Source: Balanoglossus misakiensis | Lineage: Eukaryota; Animalia; Hemichordata | DNA length: 64,000 bases | Assembly (NCBI GenBank): GCA_040954595.2 | Contig: CM082598.2 | Coordinates: 496,001-560,000, forward strand | Direction of reading: 5' to 3' | Part shown: piece after piece, positions 50,423-62,292 of the stretch | Layout of the letters: each line of letters starts with the position of its first letter | Numbering within the stretch: the stretch's first letter is position 1 | The notes under the pieces: generated by a model | Told to the model about the DNA's origin: nothing | What the model saw: only the letters and a program-made list of their open reading frames with translations | Database searches by the model: none | Translations under genes and position numbers: made by a program

Positions 50423-51575
50423 CTGGCCACTATAGACAGGTACGACTGAAAGCCTTAATGGTGAATAAATAAACAAACTTCTCTGAAGCTTTTAGTTTTT
50501 TTGTCACCCGAGTTGTGCAATAGGAACACCAGCCTCGGTGCCTGGTTACTGTGTTGCTACTCAACGACCCATACCATCGCGCGCGCGCATTGTGGTTTAA
50601 TACTTTGCTGGCTTTGTATGTGTTTGTGAAAGTTACAGTGATTGTTGGGTGATTACAGACTATTGTGTGAAAGGGATCGTTTCAAAAAGGGACAATGACA
50701 ACATGCAGAATGCACTCATAATGAGAGACTGTAAAATGCTCAATGAATTCAGTCAAGTGGAAAGGTCAGAAGTCAATTCAGCCTTGTGTTAGTAAAACCA
50801 CTGGTGTCTACAGTGTCCGTAAATCTGGTACAGATAGAATTCCGTCTTCACTTTCACCAACTGTCTTATACAACAGACACAAACACTCTACCCAATGTTA
50901 AAATCTTTATTCATGAAGTATCTTTGCCAATATTAAATAATGCTGTTTGAAATCTGAATGGGTCCCAAATATATCATACGACTAGCAGTTGAACGAAAAT
51001 ATTGATAAGAGTTGTTTTTGAAAGACAATGCTTTACAGGAATGTGAAAAATAAAAGACAGCATAGAAACAGGTTCATTTTTCTGAAAACAAAAATGCCCA
51101 AAAAATTCCGACATTTTCTAAAATTCCCATGAGTTTGGAAATGTGAGTAAAAGATTAAGTATGTACTTTGTGTTTCTGTCAAAAGTTTTAAAGACTCAGC
51201 CTCACCATAAAAATATATAGCCCCTCAAAATATTATATTTTTCCCGAAGTTTATTTGAAGATTTCATATTGCTTTTTCTTATCCAATATTTCCAGGGGAA
51301 ACTAGTCTCAGAGAAATATACTTCAATATAGTGAAAGCAAAATAATAAAATTCAACCTCTTCTTTTTTTGCAAATAAAACTCTATTTATATATTATCTGA
51401 AAAATAATAAAACTATATACCTTCGTAAGTTAAACATCTCTATAAAAAAGGAAATATTTCAGCCCCTTTGGAATCAGATTCAGACAGCTATTGTTACCAT
51501 GGCTACCAGCATCACCACGGTTACCAAACTGACCACTGCTGCCTTGGTTACAGGTCCATTATTACCATGATATTC

Positions 51576-52183
51576 TTACTTTGCCTCTTCATCATTTTCT
51601 CCATCTTGATTTGCTTGTTCCAACTTGGCAAGTTTATCAACCAAGGCCTCGCCAAAAGAGAGTCTGTAGCCAGGACTTAACTGGTCAAGTAAGGCGTAAA
51701 TGGTCTCGAAATATTGACTGGGTGAATCTCCAGTCTTATTGTAGTTTTTGCCAACGACCTGCAGACAGAAAAAAATATTTGAGATTGTTAAAGGATGAGA
51801 GCTGTCATGTTTATATTAATCCGAATTTATATGCCCTGGTACTACATGTATTTTTACCTCATTATCTCAGAAAATGTGTGTCTATTTCGCCACAACAATC
51901 GATAATGACGTACATGTATGTGACGCCCGCGGCATCAATAACACATCTATGATTTCGATTCGCTATAAAACACACAATGTAATTTTCTTACCCGAAATCC
52001 TTTTATAGACAGCTCCACACAATATTTCTCATCTTCTTTAGTTAGTAAATTCAGATACACGACTTCATCTCTTTTCGGCAGAGTACCCGAAACTTCGACG
52101 AACTTGACAGCGAAGGACACTTCCTGAACCGCGGCCTCAGCTTCTACCGTCATCAACTTGCAATTGTCTACCTCGTCGGCCAT
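51576..52183 (-). CDS. GSKIP: GSK3-beta interaction protein (DUF727), ~124 aa, 2 exons
   Basis: Exons 52183-51992 and 51758-51576 (375 nt): EAEAAVQEVSFAV...YLNLLTKED..YCVELSIKGFRVVG...YFETIYALLDQLSPGYRLSFGEALVDKL. Confidence 0.92.
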
Positions 52184-52675
52184 TTCTAACATCAAAACCG
52201 CTCCACAGACATGAACACCGTCAACAAAACGACCGCATAGTGTGGTAAATGTTCGAATTCTGATTTTACAGACACTTTATCGATGAAAAGAGGTCGATCG
52301 TTCAACCACTAACTCCACGTTGTAAATAATCAAGCAAGGTCAAATGGACAACGCCCCCTGGTGATGACCTTTGTTGTTGCTTTTGTTCGGCAAACTTTCG
52401 ACACAAATTTGCAAAGTACTCAAATGATGCAACCAGTATCGACTTTATTCATTGAATATGTTTCAGACGATGGTTTTTTTTAATGTCCATCTGTACATTG
52501 ATAAATGAACTTTAAGCCATATCATTTTCTATGGAAAGTTCGGTTCTCTAAAGAGGAAATCAGGGTTGAAAGAAGTCTTATGAATGGAATAAACACACGC
52601 AGTACACTTGCAAAATCTTCAAAAATTGAACCTTACATTGGATTTGTCACAATTTAAGCTTTGATAAGTTCTGGT

Positions 52676-55600
52676 CTATGCAGATTTGAATTTCTTTGAA
52701 GCATGTTCCAGTTGTGGAATGACGATACAGTCACCTTCAACTACCCATTGGACTTGGTGGCGTTCACTATCATCATCTTCTTCAATCTCCTCTCCATCTC
52801 TCATCTCTTTCTTGCCATCTTCAGACGAACCTCTACTCTTCACTGTCACAACAGATTCAGTTGCAGTTACAGCTCTTGTAGACGCCCCTTCCCCTTTCAC
52901 GTTAGATTCATTTGCCAATTCGTAGAGCTTCAGGGCTTCCTTGATTTCACCAGGATTCAGAAACGGACAGGCGAAGAAATGCAGCCTCTGCTCATGTGGC
53001 GAGAGCCTGTCTTTCATGTGGCCTTCATAAAACAGAAGATATGCACTTGGCAGATCAAATTCCATCTGATCAGCTTTCAGGTTTTGGAACTGTACAGAAT
53101 TCTCAGCAAAGGTGTACAGTACATATTTGTCCTGATCGTGGCGTAGAAATTTGGTTGCGAACTGACCAAAATGCAGACTGGGACCTTGATGACAGATCAT
53201 TGCATACAGTTCGTACTTGACAGGCCCACTGATTGTTGGCAGCGTCAAATCTCTTGGCACCATTATCGAAGAAGGAGGTTTTGTATTTCCTTCGCTGTCG
53301 AATCTGTTGATTCTGATGGTTAGAACTGCAGGCCAGTGCGTCACTTTGGTGGTTGAAATGATTTGAGGTCCAGGACATCCACACTGAAGAGACTCAGTTG
53401 TTGATTTCAAGACTTTGTCTTGGAAGAAGCTGTCGACTTCTTGGTGGACAGAGAACACCTCGCCCTGCTGACCGTTGAAGTTGATGCCCACCATCTTGGT
53501 GACATTATTGGCCAACTTGCACCCACTAGACTCGCACGTCATTTCTTCTTCAGTTTGAACCGTGAACACGGAATCCATGACTTCCTCAGAGTAATTATCT
53601 TGAAGTTTCATCACCATAGTGACAAGATACTCCAATACATCATTCTCCACATCCTTCACTAATGCTTGGTTACCATGGAATTCTGTCCTCCCAAAGACAT
53701 CCCTGGTAGATTCTGTAAGGTATCTATGATCGATACAAAGTCTGTGAAATATGCAGTAGAGGCAGTCAGGATGAGGATTTTCAATTTGATTTGTTCTCAG
53801 ACATCTTTCGTGTTGATTCACAAAATGCACACAGGGCACTGTCTGTCGCATGATTTCATGTAATGGTCGTGTTTCGCTGAGTACAAGCAATGTTGTAATT
53901 ATGTGCGTCATGTTTTGTTTGTGTGGGATTCTGAGATGTTTTCTGGTGTGGAATTCTTCGTATGATGTCATTCTGTTGTTACGATGGTACATTTTTCTGG
54001 CGAAGAGTTCAGCCATGTGGGATTCTGCAGTCGGTGACCGGTACTTTGAGATGAACTTCTTTTGAACAATTAGTTTCTTGGATGCTGGTTTTTCACTTGA
54101 ACTTGGCACAGAAGTCACGACAACACGTTTTATCACTTGGGGTTTTGAGATTGCGCTTGGCGCAACCCGAGCATTGGCGTCACTTTTGGTCTGGTTACTG
54201 GTGCTTTGTGAGGGCTTCGTAACCATGTTCTGGTCAGCTGTGGTCGATGGCTGAGCAATACTTGCTGCTAATGGAAACGGTGTCATGGTTTTGGTGATTT
54301 GCATTGGTGTTGCTGCTGCGTTCAATGTTGGTACAACCACTACAGGTGAAGTCACTACTGCAGTACCTGGTCTGGCTGCAACTGTTGCCGAAACCACTTT
54401 CAAATTTTGGATTATGGATGAGATTGCTGATGGACTTTTCAAAGGTGCTCTGTGTGGCTTTCTTGTGGGTATCGCGATCACAGGTCTGGCTGTTGATGAT
54501 GATGATGTCACTGGTGTTTTGGTTGTTTTCTTATACCACTCATAAACCTTGGATGAAAGAGACCCTTTCACTGATTCTGCTTGCGATGGCCTTGAAGGAG
54601 GAGCTATTCCTGAACTTGAACTTGAAGCCACTTTAGTTGCTGTTACCACTGTTGGCCCCGCAGCAGTCACTGCAGATACAATCACTTGTTTCAGTGACGG
54701 ATCAGTTGAAATAGCAACTGGCACAGGGAGAGATCTTTTGGTCGCTTGTGAAGTCGTTGGCTCAGCTGAAGTTACTGATGTCACTTTTGTTGCGGAAGGA
54801 ACAGGCATAAGTTTTGTTGTTGATGTCACTCCAAGTGTAGGAACTGATTTCATATCCAAGTGTGAAAGGCTGAAACAAAAAAAAAAGTGATGTGGCTCAG
54901 TGTGGAAGCATATTGATCCATATATATCCATATCCATATATAGAGGTCCAGATTAACTATAGAGGTCCAATGCATTTGGACAAAACCATAGTGGTGAAAG
55001 GGTTAAACTTCAAGCTATATAAAGAAATGATTAACAACTCACCTGGAGAATTTCACATTTTTCAGAACAAATGCCATTTTCTTCCAGCAGATCATTTTCA
55101 AATCAGTGCAATCATCCAATTGCAAAACTGATACGCTGGTCTGGTCTTTGCTTTCGCTGTCAATTCTGGTCCATTTCTCACCATTCTGTATCAAAGAAAT
55201 AAGTTGGAACAGTGATTACAATACACACACACAGGCCATCTTTGACAACACCTTTACTCTTAAAACAGACACAAGATTTGGCATTGGCCACGCGTTGACA
55301 GGATTTTTGACCTACCTGTGTATAGACAGGGTAATGTTGTCCATTGTCTGTCTTCTTGCTGATAATCACACTCTGGATCCTGTAGAAGACTGGGCCACTA
55401 TTCTCCGGCAAATGGACCAGAAACTGGAGACATGGTGGGATTATCACCGACTTCCGATTTGCCGGATCTTTCGACTGAAATGTTGGCTTGAACATGATGG
55501 TGTCTGGCAACTGCAGCGTCGCTTTTGAAAAGCCTTTCTTGATGACTCCTTGACAGTTCATACAAACCACTGGTTTGTTGACCAAGAGTGATCTAAATGA

Positions 55601-56149
55601 GCTAGACACTGCGTCTTTCAACTGCTCTGGGAAACCACCAGTTCCTTTCACTTCAGAAATAAACAAAGGCATGGTACATGTGACGTGATTTCTGACCAAA
55701 CAGACATCGCAATTCAGGGTCTTCTCTAAACTTGCAAGGCATGCAGATTTCAACACATTGAAGTCAGCATCAGATACTTGTTCTTGAATGCTTTGAAGTA
55801 TAGTCACAAAGCCAGCTTGGATTAGAGATTCGTTGATCTCTTCATAAACCTCGTATTTACTTCTGATGGCATCAGTGAAGGAGATCAGGATATCAAAGGT
55901 GTTTTTATCCAGAACAGATTTGCTCAGAATGATTTCTTGAATCAAGCAGTACATACAGCAGTAGGGACGACAGCGATGACCACAACTCAAGACTGCTCGT
56001 TTAAAAGCTGAATTGGCCTGCAGTAAAGTAAAGACACTTGCTGAGATGTTCACCCATTCCTTGTAGACATCAAAGCCAATCGTTTCTTTTTCTTGACTAA
56101 CTCCCTCAGACGTCTCAGCCGTAGCTGAAGAACACATCCCGTCTTCCAT
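52676..56149 (-). CDS. Protein with two degenerate USP (peptidase C19)-like domains separated by a Ser/Thr/Pro-rich linker, ~1056 aa
   Basis: Exons 56149-55316, 55185-55043 and 54869-52676 (3171 nt in frame). Domain 2 has WPAVLTIRINRF, YELYAMICHQG and AYLLFY. Domain 1 has CDVC/CMNC zinc ribbon, LPDTIMF, YRIQSVI..GQHY and WTRID. A probable non-coding exon ends at the donor near 56604. Confidence 0.75.
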
Positions 56150-59098
56150 AATTGATGTCACTCCTAGAAAAGTGCAATAAGAAAAAATCAGTATGTATAT
56201 TTCATACCAGTATATAAATTTGAATCAAACTTGAAATCAAACGCATGGTAACATACTAGAAAATATATTGCCAAGAAAAGCCTTATCACCACCCTGTATT
56301 TATTATATTTTTGGTCCATAGAGGAAGGGTAGGGGCTATTCAGTCAAGTGTTTCAAATTTTCTTATTGACATAATCTTTGTTGACATGTACATTACTGCA
56401 AAGTCACTGATTCTTTTCGTACTGGAGATCAAAGATAGTTGCACAGTTGATAGATATTACAGTGAAATGAGAACACTATGAAAAGTACAAGACCACATTA
56501 TCGATGTCTATTTCATCTCTCAATGTTGAGGGCGTTGTACAACTGTGCGATTATAAAACATATAAAGAATAAATTAAGATATATCCGTCATTTTTTCTGC
56601 TTACCTTACTAGATTATTGCAAAAATGCTCGATATTTTTGTAGATACATCAGCTACCACTGCACAACGTTGATGGCGTCATCAAATGATAGCCCATAATA
56701 TTTGCCCAAACGCCCTCTATGGCCAAAACGACGACGATTTGCAAAGAGACAGTCATGCCATTTTCACTTTCTACTCAAAATTTAGCAGTGTAATTTTCCT
56801 GGTTAGTTTTCCTTTGATGGGAATATTTAATTAAAGCTCTATCAAAAAATCAAGCATGGTGACATAGTGTTTTTCTTTATATCATTTAATGATACTCTTT
56901 TGGTGCATTTCAAGAAAATGACAATACTGCAAGTGTTTTCTCAAAATTTTACATGTATAGAATGTAGTATGTGATAACCATGTACTGCATCTGGGTAGTC
57001 ACCTAAACTTAAAGCATACATTTATACTTCCCGATTGCACTTACACGTATATCTGGCTGCTATCAACAAAATCTATGAGCTTTGATGTGATTATGTGTTT
57101 TAATCATTTTTTTTAATCACTCCTGTCTATGTCAAGTGTCAAATCATTGCAGAATTGTAACTTACTTGACTGAACTTTGCACTCAATCTCGCAAAGACAG
57201 TCCAGCCCCGGCGCCTCAATGGATGTTTCGAACTGGTCGTCACCACATTTAAAATTTTCCTGTTTTAACATGTTTCTCATTACCGCATTCACATCAGATC
57301 ACATTCAGACAATTCAGTCTTTCCAGCCACTTGCTCTCAATTTTACACAAATAAAATACGACATGTTCACAACTATTCACTGATTGTCATTTTGTTTTCT
57401 CTATTATTGAAGTCAAAGTATTTTGATCCTCCAAATATTTGCAAGAATTCAATGGGTTGAAGTGTCCAAGCGCAAAGAGGAAATATTTGTATAGTCATGC
57501 AGTGTCAGTTCACCTTATGTGACCTTTGTTAATATTCGACAAACTAAATATAGTGAGCTCTTATCTGACCACTATATATATGACCACCATTCTGCAGATT
57601 CCAACGTTCCACACAACAGCACAAAAAGTTTGATGTGGTGATGAGGTCAAACTGAAAGTCTTCATCGATGTTTTGACGGTAAGACATATACATGTACATG
57701 TATTTATACACTAACATCAACAGATTTTAAAAATACACTGATGTATACCAATTATGCCATAAAATACCAGTGGCAATTTGACCATTTTGACCGCTTTGGA
57801 TGACTGTGATGAACCTGACATCATTTCTTGGTCTTTTTTTGCAAGAGGTCCATGCATACATCTTTCTTTAATGAATTTGACTTTGTTCTTGATCTTTCTT
57901 TGTTCTCTGTACTGTGTCTTGGCATCTATAAAGCCTGTAAATATGATATTTGACTAAAGATTTTATGGAATACAGATGGGTGCGATAGCCATTTTACAAT
58001 CAATATTTCCCAAAGTTTGTTAAATTTAGAATCATTTTAAGAACATCAGTGAAATCTGTCCCTGCTAGGAAAGGAATTAGTGCTCCGTTTTGCCAGTGTC
58101 AGATTTTGTTCATGCATAGTGCCCAGACTGCCTTAACATTTTTGCTGAGGCCATAAAAGTCCATTTTGGTGGCCGAGTGCAAAACAGAGGGGTGGTCCTG
58201 GGCAGAGTGCCAAATTTTCAACTAAGTCTTTAAAAACAACAATTGTTACAAGATTTCAAGAAAAACAAGTGGAAACGCTTATTATTGATTCATTCAACTA
58301 TTTTAAAACTTTCTACAAGTTGTTGCTCTGGGTTTGTATCTCTTTAAAATACCTTCTAATGTTTATTTAACAGGATGATATGAAGTTAGATCTGATTTTA
58401 ACTTAAGTCCTGATCCTCATTGTCAAAGGGAGGCATCAGAGAACTTGCCCATGGAGTCACTAAATCTCAAAGTGGCATATGCCTGAAGATCAACAAACTT
58501 TTATAAATCCACTCCGTTATTTATCTAATAGCAGTATGCTTTCTTATTGACAGAACAAGGGCCACACTTCTTGGGTTGTCGTTTCGCTGCTTGCCGGACA
58601 CCAGATTAATTGCTGAACTTTCTGGAGACGTCTTGAAGGTCCAACTGAATAAACTTCGTTGTAATTCTGCCAAAGGTAAGATAAAACATTAGGAACATTT
58701 TATTCACCATCATGTACATGACTGTAAATTATGCTGACCCCAAATGAGTCCCACATTCCCCATTGTAAGTTAAAAGATCCCGGTAACCAAGCACCTGTAA
58801 TATTTAAGTAAGCAAATTAGATAGAGCTGTAAAGTGTTGATTTGTTGCGGCATTTTACTAACTGTTAATGGATAATCCAGTTTCCATGGATACGTATGAT
58901 AGGCTAGTACAAGAGTGTACTACATTGTTTTCTGTTCAAAGATTAATTTGATAACTAGCTGTATGCTAAGAAACAACACAGACACACAAGTATTGGGTGG
59001 AATGTGTGCAGAGGGAATTTACAGGTGTATCATGTACATAAATTTAATTGTTGATTCACTTGTTGCAGCTAAAAATCCACAAAACAGTCACTGCAGAC

Positions 59099-62000
59099 AT
59101 GGACAGCCATATGAAAGATGCATTTAAACTTATCACTGATGATGTCAGACCTAAGGACGTAAGGAAACTAGGAAGAAATCTTGGACTTACTGACGCTAAG
59201 ATGGACGGAATCGAGCTTGAAAATCCCAAAAATTTTGAGGAAGTTAAACATCAGTTTCTTACTGAGTGGTATCAGAGGAATGGTCGTAAAGCAACGATTG
59301 ATATATTAATTGAGGCACTAATTGAAAGTGGGTGCAAATCAACAGCTGATAAATTGAGAGATAAAGGTATTATCGATAATGATTTATCAATAATTGGAAT
59401 CATGTTCTTCGTATTTTGTTATCGATATCATATAAAATATGACACATTTTGTTCTCTATAAAATTGATTCAAATGTGGATGATGTGTAGTCCAAAGTCGT
59501 GCGACATTTCTGTCAATCATAATTTATGGGGATATCAACCTAAAACCTCTGACTGTTCAGGGTACAATTTTATGTCAATACATTCTGTCAGCCATCGTAC
59601 ATCTCAACTTTTTTGTTTATAACAATTTTCGTACAATTCTTGCTGTGACTGAATAACTTGATTTACTTTACAAACAAAAGAAACAGAGTACTTGATAAAT
59701 AAACTAGCTTAATTTAAACAATTTACCAAAATAATAATTTTAAAGAACATCATATATTCTGAATTGCGCTTTTTTTCTACAGCTGCCTTTTTGTCCTTTA
59801 AAGTTGATGGTGTTTGCAACTGGCTGAAGAATCTCCACATTGATGAAACAATCATTTCAAACTTTCGGAAAAATGGTGTTACTGGTGTTGACCTTGCCAA
59901 CATATTGACCAAGGATTTGCTTCAAAAGGACTTCCAGGTTACAGAGTTTGTGGCAATAAAGATTCTTTTGAACCGTGATCGCGTATTGGGCCGATGTAAG
60001 TGTCTATTGTTAAGTGTTTATTTATCTATGTATGTATTTTTATTATTGATTTGACCTTATTTAATGAGGGTAGCCTGATAAACTCTAAAAAGACCAAATC
60101 CATCCTATTGTGAAAATCTAGTTAAATGGAACTGTCTGCACTTCATGCTTTTGAAAAAGCAATCAATGTCAACATTTCACATTTTTCGCTAATGTGTAGG
60201 GGAAATTAATCGTCAAATAAAATTCTTGATCTGCCAATTGATAGAGTCATGTGATGCGAACTTTTTTCACATTCATGTAAAAAACAGCAAAAATTAGAAA
60301 GCTGTGATCTCATCTCAATTTCAGTAACAACTTTTTTTAATATGTTGCCTGCAGGTCAACAGGCTATGACATCATCCGAACCTGAAATTGCTGTCACAAA
60401 ACCCAAAGCATCTGCTACTGCTTCAAAACCATCATTGCCAACATCATCACAGACAAGTTCTGTTCCAGTGAAGGGTGCTGCTTACAGCAAACCAAAACCT
60501 ATCAGTGGAGTCTACATTAGTGTGAAACGGAAACTGAAAGGTATGTATTCAACTATGGAATGGCAATTGATGACGACATTAACGATGTTTTAATTTTAAT
60601 ATGATAGTGCAGTCTTCTTTTATACACAAAAGAACAATTTTTGAATGTAAATCCAAAATATTGCCATGGTAATGACATTGAACAGCTAGAGCAATGAATT
60701 TAGTGACAAAGAACTCTTAAAGTTAAAGTGACTTGGTTAATGAATCTGAAAACAATTTTTTTGTTCACTTGCATTTCAATGAAAATAGTGAAAATTGATA
60801 ATTTGAACCAAATCCAACAGAAAATGTTGCCATGGTAAAAGTATTCAACACAAAACAATAATTTCAAAGACAAAAACTGTTTTAGGGGGACCAGGTTAAG
60901 CATTTGAATCTGAAAATTTCACAGTTTTATCATGAATTACACTGCAAATTGAGAAAATAATAATTTTAACCAAATCCAACAAAAACATTGCCATAGTAAC
61001 AGCATCAACAAGCAGCACGATATGTAAATATTTGGTGACAAAGAAAATTTTAGGTGGGCTTGTAAATGAAACTGAAAATTTGATTTCTTTATCTTGTATT
61101 ATACAGAATGTACAGATAAATACTAATTTTTGAACCAAAACCAGAACCAGAAAATCCTTAAATAGCTTAGGAACTGTTTGTCCTGTAACATGACATGTTG
61201 TAACACTTTATTTGGGGAAACAGCATTCAAATCTAATTTCTTACATTTTACATGTTTTTAATGATCAATTTATGTTGCCATGGTGATACGGGATTAATGG
61301 TGACATCATATGATGGCTAGCCCTAAAGGCTGATACATTGCCATGGCAATACAAACTTACCTTGTACATGTATATAATTTTTACTGTTAAAAAATGTGAA
61401 AATTGACTTTCCTTTGTAGTGCAGAGATTGACCTTTGACCTCTGATTTCACAGGTAGCCAGTGGTCAATACAGGTGTTGGGTACGAGGGATCAAGGCACA
61501 GAGCCAGGACGGTTTTATTGGCCGAGAGGTCTGGCATGGCATGGAGAATGGCTGCTGGTTTGTGACAGTTGGAACAATAGAATAGTGATACTGGACAGAA
61601 ATTACGCAGTCATAGCAATGACAGGTTTTGAAAGTCATGGGTTTAAGGAGCCATTCCAGCCACAGGCTGTGACTGTATCAGGTGATGGACTTTACTTTAT
61701 CACTGATTGTGGAAATGAACAAATTATTGTTTGTAAATTAAATCAATGTAATACAATTGAAATGATACAAATAATTCCAACTCCAGGCATTTATGCTTCG
61801 GGCATTGCTGTCATGGACCAGTTTGTTTTTATAACTGACAGCAAGGAGAATGGTAATTTGGTTAAATACAGCATTGCGGATGGAAAGCTTATTGCAAAGG
61901 TTGAGGGTCAACTCTGTAATCCCCACTCTGTTGTTGTTACTAGCAACAATCATCTCTTAGTGACAGATGCAGGGCACAACTGCATTAAAGTGTTTGATTC

Positions 62001-62292
62001 CGATTTGAAATGTCTGAATCAATTTTGCACTGAAGGTGAAGGCGAAGGTCAGCTGAACGTTCCATGTGGCATGTGTGTTGACTCACTTGGAAATATCTAC
62101 ATCTGTGATAGCGAGAATGATAGAATACAAAAACTGAAATCAAACGGCAATTTTGATAGCATTATGTTTCAAGGTGTTATGTCACGGCCCATCTTCATTG
62201 CACTCAGTGAAGACTGCAACACAATCGCTGTTACAATGTTTAGTGAAAGTGACGCAGCGACTAGAAACCAAATCTGTTTGTTTTCCAAGTAA
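59099..62292 (+). CDS. Death domain + SAM domain + NHL-repeat beta-propeller protein, ~501 aa
   Basis: Exons 59099-59366 (death domain: RKLGRNLGL...LTEW...ATIDILIEAL), 59783-59995 (SAM: VCNWLKNLHI...FRKNGVTGVDL..LT...L), 60355-60540 (linker) and 61454-62292 (NHL: FYWPRGLA, VCDSWNNRI, LNVPCGMCVDSLGNIYICDSENDRIQ). Total 1506 nt in frame. Confidence 0.85.
60645..61140. repeat. Imperfect ~160-bp tandem repeat (~3 units) in the last intron of the Death-SAM-NHL gene
   Basis: AATCCAA..A.(G/A)TTGCCAT(G/A)GTAA...CAAC and TGAAAA..TT recur at ~60650, ~60811 and ~60972. Confidence 0.7.

Noticed and set aside
52351-52365. CTCF-like motif CACCAGGGGGCG near the GSKIP promoter (weaker matches ~6947, ~13509, ~56710)
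   Set aside because: Single short motif matches cannot be distinguished from chance without a PWM background or ChIP data.
58554-58675. Upstream exon as a coding N-terminal extension of the Death-SAM-NHL gene
   Set aside because: Its long open frame ends in phase 1, while the death-domain exon needs phase 0, so it is treated as 5'UTR.
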